Shown: piece by piece, positions 47,359 through 57,548 of the stretch
How the letters are laid out: each line of letters starts with the position of its first letter
How positions within the stretch are numbered: the stretch's first letter is position 1
Origin: Candidatus Sumerlaeota bacterium
GTDB lineage: Bacteria; Sumerlaeota; Sumerlaeia; MWCT01; JAUWMI01
Direction: 5' to 3'
Assembly (NCBI GenBank): GCA_030613245.1
Contig: JAUWMI010000004.1
Span: forward strand, 32,610-96,609
DNA length: 64,000 nt
Notes under the pieces: model-generated
Databases searched by the model: none
Told to the model about the DNA's origin: nothing
Seen by the model: the letters and a program-made list of their open reading frames with translations, nothing else
Program-made: the position numbers and the translations under genes

Positions 47359-50300
47359 TTAAGGATAAGGAATCGTGAGATAATCGACTGCAACGCTGTC
47401 CATGTAGATGGTACCGCCCTTCGCCGCGTTGAAGTCAAGCAAATCGATCGTCACGACGAACCCATCCTCTGACGGCGTTGGTGAGCCGGGCAAGATTGGG
47501 GTCTCCCAATAGAGCTCATACCCAGTACCACCAACTGTTGGCATTGCGCCTGGGCCACCGGCGCCTTGGCTATTCAGTTCCATCGTCTTCGTCATCTGTG
47601 CGTCGTCATTCTGGCACCGCAGCCTGATCTGTGGCATGTCATTTCGGGCCGCATCAGTCGCGCACCTCAGCGTGTATGTCGCCCGATAGAGCTTATCCGC
47701 CACATAGGTTAGCTCATTTGCCGTCCAGCTCGACTGCCAGAATCCCGAATTGCTCGAGTCAGCAAGGCTGGACGCAATGGAGAGCGTGCCAGTACCATCA
47801 CCACCTGACGTAACTGGACCGTAGCCAACGTTTGTTAAGAATTGCCAGTTCGCAAAATCAGCAGATGAGCTATACGTCTTAACCGATGTGCCAGATGCCA
47901 AACGTGGGAACCGCTCCACTGTAATCCGATCCACATAGTGCGTGCCATACTGCCCCGCGTCGAAGTCAACCATATCAAAGGCAACACCAAGGTTATATGC
48001 CAAGATCGGCGCAAAATAGATGGCGTATTCTCGCTGTATTGGATCAGTTGGTAAGGAGTTGCTGTACGAGCCTGACGGGTTCACGACGTGCGATGCCGAC
48101 TCCAGAGATTGATCCTGGGTCCACCGCATGCGAAACTGCGGATTCGCAGAAGCCGTGGCTTGACTGGAGGAAGCCAAGAACCGGGCCCGATACACATTAT
48201 CCGCCAAGCAAGGAATGTCCAGCGGCCCAATCCAGAATCCGACGCGGTTTGTCGTATCATTCGCCGAACTGATGCTTATTCGACCACCGCTATAGCCGGA
48301 CCATGCCCCGGAGAAGCCCGGACCACTTAGCGGTAGAAATGACCAGCCTTCAAGAGAGGCATCAAACGTATATTGCGGGAGAGGCATAATAGGAGCTGCA
48401 TCATAGATAGCTTGAATCTCTTCCTGGCCCAGAGCTCGGTTGTAGATACGGACATCATCGATGATTCCATTAAATGTATTGCTAAAAGGCTGCCATGTAA
48501 TACTATCACCAATTAAAACTTGTGAAGTGCCCTGGTAAATTCCCCCATTATAACCTTGAGGGCTTCCGCTTGATGAACCATCAATATATAATTGTACATA
48601 ACTCCCGTCGTAAGTAGCTGCTATATGATGCCAGGTATTTAAAGTCATACCAGAATCTGCCCAAAATCTAATATGGTTCCCACTTGAACCATCAGGACTT
48701 AATAGAAAAAGAGGTGTCGTACCTCCTACCCCAAGCCAATAAGAAACTTGTTCATCCTTAGTTAATACAGCACTCCATGCTTTTGATTGCTCCAAATAAA
48801 CCCATGCAGCAATTGTCATTGATTCAGGGTCTAGATCATCATGGTGAGGAATTGTAACCTTATCATTACTTCCGTCAAAATCTAAAGCATAATTAATCCT
48901 TCCCTCTGTCCATAATGGGCCATTGATTAAAGTTCCATCATGACCATTACCTGAGGAGTCTTGTGCAGTTGTGCCAGCTTCTTCATCAAGTTTCCAGTGT
49001 GCAATTAAACCATCAGTTACATCAGCTCTATATACATAATCTATCTGGGTTGGCTGGATTGGATTCAAAGCGGTATCTTTTACATCTTCTACTGTTAAGG
49101 TATATGTCAGCCCATCTGTATGAGAAGAGGTTGTTAAAGTAACAGTTATAAGATCAAACCCAAGCGAAGCCTGCGTTATTGATATGCCATTGTTGATACT
49201 ATAATTTGTTATATTTTCTGCTGACAATGTATCTAGGGCCTCATTGAAAACAATATTAATGGATGTCTCTTGTGTTATAACTGAAACAATAGAAGGTGGG
49301 GTTGTATCAGCCAATGTAGTAGCTGAGACAGGGGGCGATTTATCAGATTCATTTCCTGCAAAATCATATGCTAGAACTTGGTATGTATATGTAGTAGAAG
49401 GAGTAAGCTCTGTATCAGAATAGGTAACTGTAGTAGATGTTGCTATTTCAACACCCTCTCTGTATATCTTATATCCTGCCAGTGCTACATTATCAGTCGA
49501 TGCATCCCAGGATAGGTCTATTTGCTGATGGGATACTGCAGTAGCAATTAGAGTCTGTGGTACTGTAGGCGGTTCTGTGTCAATGACACCAGGATATTCA
49601 TAAGCACCTATATCCCAGCCAGCACCTTGTGGTCTTGGGTCTCCAGCAATGTCTTTTGTGAAATCATAATACTCGCCATATTTTAATTGAAGTTCATTAA
49701 GTATGCTAGTTATGTCAGTTCCTGCATCAATTGCAATACTGCCTGGTTTTAGATGATAATTCCAGTCAGCACGATTAGCACCACTAACATCAGCAAGTAT
49801 TTTTGTTAAATCTGGTTCATAAATTTCATTTGTGCCTGAGCTTGAACCTAAAACAGTATAAATATTATGTGAGATATCTGCTCCAGGTTTATCCACTGGT
49901 CGAGCTATAATATTATTTTTCATGATTAAATTATCAATAGCGCCTATACCATAAAGAGTAATTGGTGGGGTATAACCACTGAAAAGAACATTGTTTAGAA
50001 CTTTCACATTTTTGGCACCAGATCCCCAAACAGTAATAGGGCATGTGCCTGATCCTTCTTTTGCTATTAAAATATTGTTGTAAACAGTTAGGTCATCTGC
50101 CCTATGTATTGCAAGAGGTCTTTGGCCTCCAAAAACCACATTACCAGCAACTAGAATATTTCTGGTAAAACATGAAGGACAAACTTCAGCTGCCGCGTGG
50201 TCATGATATATTGTAATTACATTGGTATGGCCTGAAGGAGCACAGTCATAGAATTTATTATTTATTACTACTATTGTCCCACCGCCACTCTCAATCCTCA

Positions 50301-50940
50301 TTCCATTAGGAGTTCTTTCGAGAGTATTGTTTCTGATAATAAGTTTGCCTCCCTCCGCACCAGCGTATATTCCTCTTGAGTCTGTATCATGTATATAATT
50401 ATTTTCAATAATACAAACATCGTCACTAGCCTCAAACCTCACATCGTAAATATCTCCAAGATCTACTGCTCCAGAGAGGCCACTATTGCCACTTACTTCA
50501 TTATTTCTTACAATCATATTTAATCCAGGAGTGTCTCCTAAAATTCCGGCATTCTGTACTCTAAATCCTTCTATAGTTATATAATTATAACCAGTATTTT
50601 TTATATGATTTCCATTCACGATAGCTTTTGTTCCTTCTAAATCGGGCCAATTGTCTCCTCTGTATGTTATATGATTTCCAGATACACCACTTGCTTTAAT
50701 ACTTATGCTCCCTCCATAAATCACTCCTCCTTTAAATAATACAGTGTCTCCAGGCTGCAAGCTGGCAGAAGCTGGGTTGCCTGTTGCATTTGGGTCACCG
50801 GGGGCATGTTTCCAAGGGGTAGATGCCGATAAACCAGTGTTTGTATCACGGCCATTTTCAAAATCTACATAGTAGTCTGCCTGAGCAAAACTGCATAACA
50901 AGAAAAAGGGAACCAGAAAAACCACAACTACGTACTTCAT
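47359..50940 (-). CDS. Large secreted multidomain protein: right-handed parallel beta-helix (pectin-lyase fold) + FN3 + Ig-like + LamG/ConA-like + two C-terminal beta-sandwich (CBM-like) modules
   Basis: Signal peptide MKYVVVVFLVPFFLLCSFAQA (start at 50940 with GGAGTGG SD). PbH1-type repeats (IENNYIHDTDSRGIYAG...). The FN3 region is PPTVPQ...YKIYR...TYTYQV. The LamG region is ...HWKLDE..GNGHDGTL....DFDGSNDKVTIP. Confidence 0.8.
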   Translation of the reverse strand: MKYVVVVFLVPFFLLCSFAQADYYVDFENGRDTNTGLSASTPWKHAPGDPNATGNPASASLQPGDTVLFKGGVIYGGSISIKASGVSGNHITYRGDNWPDLEGTKAIVNGNHIKNTGYNYITIEGFRVQNAGILGDTPGLNMIVRNNEVSGNSGLSGAVDLGDIYDVRFEASDDVCIIENNYIHDTDSRGIYAGAEGGKLIIRNNTLERTPNGMRIESGGGTIVVINNKFYDCAPSGHTNVITIYHDHAAAEVCPSCFTRNILVAGNVVFGGQRPLAIHRADDLTVYNNILIAKEGSGTCPITVWGSGAKNVKVLNNVLFSGYTPPITLYGIGAIDNLIMKNNIIARPVDKPGADISHNIYTVLGSSSGTNEIYEPDLTKILADVSGANRADWNYHLKPGSIAIDAGTDITSILNELQLKYGEYYDFTKDIAGDPRPQGAGWDIGAYEYPGVIDTEPPTVPQTLIATAVSHQQIDLSWDASTDNVALAGYKIYREGVEIATSTTVTYSDTELTPSTTYTYQVLAYDFAGNESDKSPPVSATTLADTTPPSIVSVITQETSINIVFNEALDTLSAENITNYSINNGISITQASLGFDLITVTLTTSSHTDGLTYTLTVEDVKDTALNPIQPTQIDYVYRADVTDGLIAHWKLDEEAGTTAQDSSGNGHDGTLINGPLWTEGRINYALDFDGSNDKVTIPHHDDLDPESMTIAAWVYLEQSKAWSAVLTKDEQVSYWLGVGGTTPLFLLSPDGSSGNHIRFWADSGMTLNTWHHIAATYDGSYVQLYIDGSSSGSPQGYNGGIYQGTSQVLIGDSITWQPFSNTFNGIIDDVRIYNRALGQEEIQAIYDAAPIMPLPQYTFDASLEGWSFLPLSGPGFSGAWSGYSGGRISISSANDTTNRVGFWIGPLDIPCLADNVYRARFLASSSQATASANPQFRMRWTQDQSLESASHVVNPSGSYSNSLPTDPIQREYAIYFAPILAYNLGVAFDMVDFDAGQYGTHYVDRITVERFPRLASGTSVKTYSSSADFANWQFLTNVGYGPVTSGGDGTGTLSIASSLADSSNSGFWQSSWTANELTYVADKLYRATYTLRCATDAARNDMPQIRLRCQNDDAQMTKTMELNSQGAGGPGAMPTVGGTGYELYWETPILPGSPTPSEDGFVVTIDLLDFNAAKGGTIYMDSVAVDYLTIPYP

Positions 50941-51590
50941 TACAACCACTCCTTTCCAACAGGAACAAGAACTTTTCCGGCATGCGCAAGAATTTAAAAA
51001 ATTCAATTAGGCTGTTATCCCCTTAATTCAAACAAATGGAAGCCTTACATTAAGAAGACGAGAGAGTCAATAAACAACCATACTGCGTGGATGTTGAAAG
51101 ACATAAAATATCGCAATCTGATGAGACATTGCCGTTTCGCAACCTAAATGGCATTAATACTTTGCATCTCCGATCAGTGGTCATTATTAAACTAGGCATG
51201 ATTTTCTTAAGAGCCACACGGCCACTTTGCTTCAGTCGCATGATCACACTGGACTATATATAAGCCTGGAAATCAGCAACATGTTAAAGATTTTCAATAC
51301 ATTCGTGTGCAAAGCCCACAAGAAATACATACTATATCACTTAGCAAAAATAGACTGCTAAATTTCCGGTTGGCCAAGCAACTGTGCCACAGAGCATTGA
51401 TTTGCCTTCCCTTAAAGCTCTAAGTCTGGCAAGGAGTCGAATTCGCTCTTCATGCATTTTCCCTAACCAATACAAATGCTATGCTTTTGCATCGCGGAAC
51501 ATCGGCAAGAAATAGAAAGGTAATATTCGGTCTCGTTTTTGTTGCAAAGTTATGGAACAACCACGCAGGCGCAAAACTATAGATTATTTT

Positions 51591-52541
51591 CTACCTCCAA
51601 GTACTCTTGCGCCTCCAGCGCATAGCCCATGGGAAGCAAAGCACAACAAGACATCTTAAATATGTTCTTAAATAACCCCCAAAGCGCAGACCATCGAAGG
51701 CATAACGTCTGGCGTCGTACATATTCTTTTCTATACAACAAATTTCCGCCATGGTTGCGAGAAAAGAGCCCAAGGTTTGCCTAACTCTCCGAATAATTCT
51801 CCTTCCTTTTTGTTCACAACGAAAATAGACTTCAGAAAGAATCGTAATCCCTTCTTTTGTCCTTACTTTAACTGAATCCAGCCGATTGTTTATCAGCCCT
51901 TTTCTCTCAGCTGAGCGATGAATAATGGTGAGCGGTGTAGTTATATACGCAAAGGCCGTTTCGAAGGCTAAATTAAAAATCATCCGAGTATCGTCCGCAA
52001 TCTGTAACCGCTCATCGAAATATCCTACATGAGCAAAGAGGCTGCGCTTAACCAACATCGATTGTACGTAGTTTTTTGTTGAACTATCCAAAACCATTTC
52101 AAGAGGCTCACCATATAACTTATATCTCATTTCTTTCTGTTCTGTAGCAACGAGGGATGTGTGCTCATCGGGTTCGCTCTCATATATAATATTAGTAAAA
52201 CAAACTTGTGCGTCGCTTTGAGTTACGCAGTCCATTTGGTAGGCAAGTTTTTCAGGTATCCACCTGTCGTCTGAATCAAGAAAAGCTACCCATTTTGCGT
52301 TCGCGGACTTAATGCCTAAATTACGAGCAGCTGCCACACCGCGATTTTCCTGATATATATAGCGTATACAGTCCTGATAAGGTTCCAGAGCTTGCCGAGT
52401 GCCATCTGTGGAACCATCGTCAACAACAATAATCTCATAATCTTTATACGTCTGAGCTAAAGCGCTGTCTATTGCTTTTGTCACATACCTGGCTCGATTG
52501 TAAGTTGGGATTATCACGCTGATACTTACCCGCTTTTCCAT
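51591..52541 (-). CDS. Glycosyltransferase family 2
   Basis: VSISVIIPTYNRARYV...EIIVVDDGSTDGT. Confidence 0.8.
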   Translation of the reverse strand: MEKRVSISVIIPTYNRARYVTKAIDSALAQTYKDYEIIVVDDGSTDGTRQALEPYQDCIRYIYQENRGVAAARNLGIKSANAKWVAFLDSDDRWIPEKLAYQMDCVTQSDAQVCFTNIIYESEPDEHTSLVATEQKEMRYKLYGEPLEMVLDSSTKNYVQSMLVKRSLFAHVGYFDERLQIADDTRMIFNLAFETAFAYITTPLTIIHRSAERKGLINNRLDSVKVRTKEGITILSEVYFRCEQKGRRIIRRVRQTLGSFLATMAEICCIEKNMYDARRYAFDGLRFGGYLRTYLRCLVVLCFPWAMRWRRKSTWR

Positions 52542-52702
52542 GATTAAAGGGCCCCCTGGCTTATATTGCTTTCCCTGCTTTCTGAAGCCGTCTATCAACT
52601 GTATCAGTCTTCTAGAGCCTTATAGTTTTACACAAGACAAATAATCTTGCCTTTGTCTTCTCTCGGTCAGGCCCTGTAAAATTCTCCAAGGTTATATCTG
52701 TG

Positions 52703-54244
52703 TTAATCTTTGCTTCCAGTTTCGGCATATTGGGGGAGTTTTATGATCCCCAATTTGTTAAAAAGCCATTTCTTTTCTTGTGAGTCCAAAACCCAAAAAA
52801 ACGAAACCCCCAGCGTCAATATAACTATTATTGCAATTGGCGGTGCCAATCCAACAATTCCGATGCCAATGAAATGGCGGCTGAATAGCCACCATGAGAG
52901 AAAAAACACAAGAGAAATTTTAACAAAGGCCTTGCCAAGGACGCTATAGTAGTAGTCCTTATAGGGCATTTTTAGACATTTACATACATAAAAAGGCTGC
53001 ACAAGTAGCCTCATGACAATCATTGGAATAGCATAGCCAAGAGCTATGCCCAGCATCTTGTATTGAGATACTAATAGTAAACTGAGCGAGAGATTGAGCA
53101 ATGCTTCCACAGAATTGCAATAAGCGTAAAATTTATGGCGCGCTATGCCATAGAGAAAACCCACAGAGGGCGCTTGGGCGAGATCAACGGTTGTTCCTAT
53201 AATTAACAGAAAAAGAGGAACATAGGCATCTATATAATCAACACCCATCCAAGCAGCAATGAATGGTTTTCCATATAGGAGAAGACACAGCCCTACGCAC
53301 ATCGAGAAAATAGTGGAAAGTTTTGTCCCTGTGACGAAAGTCCGGCGCATCGCATCTTCATCTTGGCGGCCCAATTGCTGGCTGAACATTGGGCCAATGC
53401 CACCCATGAGAGAGATTATTAGATTTCTAAAATACATGGTTAATCGTTTGGCAATGGCGTAGTGCGTTATCATGCCGATACCAAGAAAAGCACCAATAAT
53501 GAAGGCGTCTATGTTGAATCTGATTTGATCAGCTATTTTTGCAATGAACGTGAAAATGCTATAGGCGAATAGATCCTTAAAGACCTTGCGACTTGCTGTT
53601 CTAATTGACAGGCGAAATCTCGGTCGCACTATCTTAAGAAGCACGTAGCGTGCTGAGTGGTTAGAAAGCTCAATCAACATCGTCACAAGGGCCAGTGCCA
53701 CTATACCATATCCTGCTTTTAGCAAGAGGAAAATTAAGACAGCTCTCACCAGGGTACCTGCGATGTTGAGTCCAGATATAAGATCGAAACGCAACTCGGC
53801 AGACAAAGCTCCAAGAAAAGCTCGACACGGAAACCCAGCCACGAAGCCTGCACCCATGATTAATAGCACTTTGCTAAAAAGAGCTGCTTCCGTAGGATCT
53901 TTAATTATGCGAGAGGAGAAGAACGCCGCAACTATGGTAATTGCGAAAATGAGCAAACCCAGTAATCCGAACATGACAAATGCGGTGGAAACTGAGCGGT
54001 TTATCTCCTCCTCATCCCGCTCTCCTATACATCGTGCAACCCGATACTGCACGGCAGTGACAATTCCAAGATCAAAAAGGCCGTAGTATCCAAGAAAGGC
54101 AGCGACCAATACCCAATAGCCATAGATGCGATCACCAAGGGTATGGATGATAAAAGGCATCAGGAACATACCGACAACAACCTGAACCACAAGGTTGGTT
54201 GTCCGCATGGCTGATCCTAAGGCTAGTTTACGAGCAGCGTTCAT
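52703..54244 (-). CDS. Wzx-type oligosaccharide flippase (MOP/polysaccharide biosynthesis protein family)
   Basis: 513 aa, roughly 14 TM helices, matching the usual Wzx layout. Confidence 0.75.
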   Translation of the reverse strand: MNAARKLALGSAMRTTNLVVQVVVGMFLMPFIIHTLGDRIYGYWVLVAAFLGYYGLFDLGIVTAVQYRVARCIGERDEEEINRSVSTAFVMFGLLGLLIFAITIVAAFFSSRIIKDPTEAALFSKVLLIMGAGFVAGFPCRAFLGALSAELRFDLISGLNIAGTLVRAVLIFLLLKAGYGIVALALVTMLIELSNHSARYVLLKIVRPRFRLSIRTASRKVFKDLFAYSIFTFIAKIADQIRFNIDAFIIGAFLGIGMITHYAIAKRLTMYFRNLIISLMGGIGPMFSQQLGRQDEDAMRRTFVTGTKLSTIFSMCVGLCLLLYGKPFIAAWMGVDYIDAYVPLFLLIIGTTVDLAQAPSVGFLYGIARHKFYAYCNSVEALLNLSLSLLLVSQYKMLGIALGYAIPMIVMRLLVQPFYVCKCLKMPYKDYYYSVLGKAFVKISLVFFLSWWLFSRHFIGIGIVGLAPPIAIIVILTLGVSFFWVLDSQEKKWLFNKLGIIKLPQYAETGSKD

Positions 54245-54569
54245 GGAAAGATACCAATGATTTCGAGAAGTTGCTTTTAGGCTACCTATTTTTGTCTTGC
54301 GACTCTTGCATTAAAAATAGGGATGAAGAATTACCTTGTATTTCTCCGACCTTAGAAGGCTTTGCAAAGCGGCGCATTTTAAAACACCACGGTGCTGTGA
54401 TAATTATTAGAGGCGGTCTCCTCGGGGAAGTCAATCTGACACGTACGCGCCGCCTCCTCAACGATCAATGCATTACATTTCAATGGATATATAACAAGTC
54501 CAAAAAGCCACTCTCAAAAATTTATACCTGCCTCCGTAACCTAAAGCGAGGACAACTAGGTGGCCGCCC

Positions 54570-55751
54570 TTATTTTTGCCAGTCTTTTAGACGATATAAT
54601 TGCATGAACCCCCGTCGCGGCGAGATATAGATGAGCTCATAGCCTTCCTTGAGTTGTCTAAAGATGGATTTCGCATCTTCATTGTCGCTTTCTGGCTCAT
54701 GCATGCACCAAACAAGCACGTAGTCCACACTTCCTCCTGTTCGTTGGGGATACGTGAGAAAGTCTACCCGCGGGGGCTGTAATGCCAGTTCCGCCCCAAT
54801 GCCCATGTGCTTGAACGGATCGAGGTTAGAACGGAAGATAATCGGGAAGTAGCCCGTCGTGGCTTCATAATTCAAGAGGTTCACGACGTGCCTTTGCGCA
54901 GTTGCATAAGCCGAGGCATGCAGAAAAGGGCTAACCTTATACAAGAGATCCGGTTCGTGAGATGGGTGTAGTTGATGTGAAAAGCAAAGTGGCAGAAGTG
55001 TTGTATTCGTTTCGATAAGATGTGTTCCCGAGAGATATTCTTCCAAGTAGTCATTGATCTGCACGTATTTGGTTGTGTGGAGTCCAAGTAGAACTAGGGC
55101 GATTACCGCCGCAACGACTCCGATTTTCAACTTAACAATCCTATGATACGACTGAGCGCCGAACCAGAGAATCAGGACAAAGAATGGATATAAGTTCATC
55201 CGATGGCTGATGAAACTACCTCCGGACATATGTTTAGGGGCGGTAAAATACAAGATGATATACGCGGCAAATATGCGGATAAACCCATCCCAATGATTTA
55301 CGTGAAAACGAACTCCCTTCAATACAAAAAGGTACAGAAAGACTGCAGCAAATAGTGCCGCAAACGGCGTCGAAAACCATATTTCCTGTTTCTGGTACGA
55401 GACGAGCGAGTTAAGGCTAATGAGACGGCCCCACAGTTCCCACACGGGCGGCCTGGCGAAGCTTTGCGTTCCCTTTTGGAGGAGAAACGCGGTGACGAGA
55501 ACAAGTGTTGGCAGAAACGAGTAGAGCAGCACAAGCGCTCGTGTCGAAACGGCCTTCCAGAGGGCTCGTACGTTATATTGCCGCTTACTTATCTGTTGAG
55601 CGAGGTCGAGAATGAGCGAGCCTTCGGAGGCATCATCAGTGTCACGGATCAAGGAGAAAAATATGTTTAATAATTTCGGGAGGGAGGTATCGCTATACTG
55701 TATACTTGAGGTGATAAACGCGAAAATAGTATGACACTTCGGCCGGAACAA
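54570..55751 (-). CDS. Hypothetical membrane protein with a C-terminal soluble domain
   Basis: 393-aa ORF. The multi-TM N-terminal half has no recognised motif. The true start is uncertain. Confidence 0.4.
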   Translation of the reverse strand: MFRPKCHTIFAFITSSIQYSDTSLPKLLNIFFSLIRDTDDASEGSLILDLAQQISKRQYNVRALWKAVSTRALVLLYSFLPTLVLVTAFLLQKGTQSFARPPVWELWGRLISLNSLVSYQKQEIWFSTPFAALFAAVFLYLFVLKGVRFHVNHWDGFIRIFAAYIILYFTAPKHMSGGSFISHRMNLYPFFVLILWFGAQSYHRIVKLKIGVVAAVIALVLLGLHTTKYVQINDYLEEYLSGTHLIETNTTLLPLCFSHQLHPSHEPDLLYKVSPFLHASAYATAQRHVVNLLNYEATTGYFPIIFRSNLDPFKHMGIGAELALQPPRVDFLTYPQRTGGSVDYVLVWCMHEPESDNEDAKSIFRQLKEGYELIYISPRRGFMQLYRLKDWQK

Positions 55752-55892
55752 ACATGAGGTCCCGGCCGAAGTGAAATACTAATCACTGCAAAGGTGATGA
55801 TAAACTGGCAAAAGTGAACTCGCCTAAGTCAAATCTCCATATACTCGTCTATGCTGCCACGATGAGCGTTTTATCTGTATGCTTGTTTATTC

Positions 55893-56153
55893 CTACTGAA
55901 GTAAATCTTTTGCTGCATCCTCTGCTTTCTCAACTTCTTCTTCAGCTTTCTTCTCTAATTGCGCGGCTTCTTCTTTTGCTGCTTCCAGTGCTTCTTTAGC
56001 TTCTTTCTCAGCCTCTATTTTTGCTTTTTCAGCTTCCTCTACTTCTGCCTGTGGTACAGCTGGCGCTTGGGCTTGTTCCTGCCCCCCACAGCCGCTCATA
56101 ATTAGTGCCAATAATCCAAGAACTACCACCAGTACTGTCATCAATCTCATCAT
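55893..56153 (-). CDS. Small Ala/Glu/Lys-rich coiled-coil lipoprotein
   Basis: Signal plus lipobox MMRLMTVLVVVLGLLALIMSGC. The remainder is low-complexity (EAEKAKIEAEKEAKEALEAAKEEAAQLEKKAEEE). Confidence 0.5.
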   Translation of the reverse strand: MMRLMTVLVVVLGLLALIMSGCGGQEQAQAPAVPQAEVEEAEKAKIEAEKEAKEALEAAKEEAAQLEKKAEEEVEKAEDAAKDLLQ

Positions 56154-56299
56154 TGACCTTCTCCTTTCTTTTTTTACAGATAAAACAGCAATAAACATGC
56201 GATATTCTACACTTTGCGTCAATCAAAATCTATTTTCTTAGATCCTTGTCTTCGCAGGGCCTAACTCATGCCAAATTCTTCCTCTGATCTTTATAGAAC

Positions 56300-56376
56300 T
56301 GGTCGGGGCGACTGGATTTGAACCAGCGACCACCTGAACCCCATTCAGGTACGCTACCAGGCTGCGCTACGCCCCG
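56300..56376 (-). tRNA. tRNA-Pro (anticodon GGG), CCA encoded
   Basis: Reverse complement: CGGGGCG-TA-GCGC-AGCCTGGTA-GCGT-A-CCTGA-ATGGGGT-TCAGG-TGGTC-GCTGG-TTCAAAT-CCAGT-CGCCCCG-A-CCA. The 7-bp acceptor is perfect, U33 and G37 are present, and there is a T-loop TTCAAAT. Confidence 0.85.
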
Positions 56377-56569
56377 ACCAAAAGTATGTATTGGAATTCT
56401 GTACTTATGAATGCCTGTGAATCTCCGTCGATAACTTGACCTTAGATTTTGCTCCCCCTGGCAAGCGGTAGGCCGCAAACACGAAACTCTTCTTGCACTT
56501 CATACCATTACTGTTCACGTTCTGTGAGCTACTGGGTTACAAAAGCCAATTCTCTACGAAACTGAGATT

Positions 56570-56962
56570 CTAGCGGTTCAGGGAGTTAGCCAATTGGTGC
56601 AAATCTTTCTGTACAGAGTTAAGCTTTTTGCTGATCGTCTTAAGCTCGCCACTACGCTTGCGCGTTGAACGCCTGGCGTTTTGCTCCGAGGCTCGACTTT
56701 GACGATACATCTCTCTGATTTTGTTCTTTGCTCCCGCAATTTTAAAACGCTCTTCATAGAGCAGCTTCTTAATAAGAAGGATCATTTCGATGTCGCTCTT
56801 ACGATATCGGCGCTGGTCGCTCTGATCCTTTTGCGGCTGGAGCTCCTTAAACTCAGTTTCCCAATAGCGTAGAACGTAGGGCTTGATGCCCGTAATCATG
56901 CTTATTTCGTTAATGCGGTAGAACAGCTTGTCCCTGTGCGTCTTGATCGCAGCATCTGCCAT
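56570..56962 (-). CDS. MerR family transcriptional regulator
   Basis: HTH is YRINEISMITGIKPYVLRYWETEF. A coiled-coil dimerisation helix follows. Confidence 0.75.
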   Translation of the reverse strand: MADAAIKTHRDKLFYRINEISMITGIKPYVLRYWETEFKELQPQKDQSDQRRYRKSDIEMILLIKKLLYEERFKIAGAKNKIREMYRQSRASEQNARRSTRKRSGELKTISKKLNSVQKDLHQLANSLNR

Positions 56963-57548
56963 CAGTATCACCCTTTCTTCATCAACTGTGCCAATCAGCG
57001 GGTCATGACATCACAACACATCACACTTGCATGAGAACTGCTAAGGTAACTGGTGCCCTATGGAAAAGAATTGCCGCACTTACCACAGCACTATACAGGA
57101 AAACACACAAAGAAGTCTTCACATAATAAGCGCCAGGCAACTTTTTACTTAAGTATGTCCTCACCTCCTTCTTATCGAAAGCAGTACTAACCTCTGAAAC
57201 TTTCGGCTTGCGACTCTTTTACATTACTTATTTTTAAGTACTTAATGGCACGCACTGAAAGCGAAATCAAGCCTTTTTTACGCTCTTGGCACAGATTTTA
57301 CAACTGCATTCGGCTCCATGGGCAGAATAGACATGCAAAGCGGTGCTGCATTGAAGAGGCGGGTGAGGAAAACAATCGTGCTAACAGCATGTACGGAACA
57401 AATTGTGCTGCGCAATCCAGGCGCTGTGTACGAGGCCTGCCGCTATGGGTTGCGTTAGTGTTTCGGTGGTCTCTGCGGGGAAACACGGGGGTGTACGGGC
57501 TAGGCCGGTGCCTGGGTCAGTGGTGAAAGAATAATTGCTATGCCACTG

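Noticed and set aside
54570-55751. The 393-aa membrane protein was considered as the missing exosortase.
   Set aside because: It lacks the conserved exosortase Cys/Arg/Asn motifs and carries a large C-terminal soluble domain instead.
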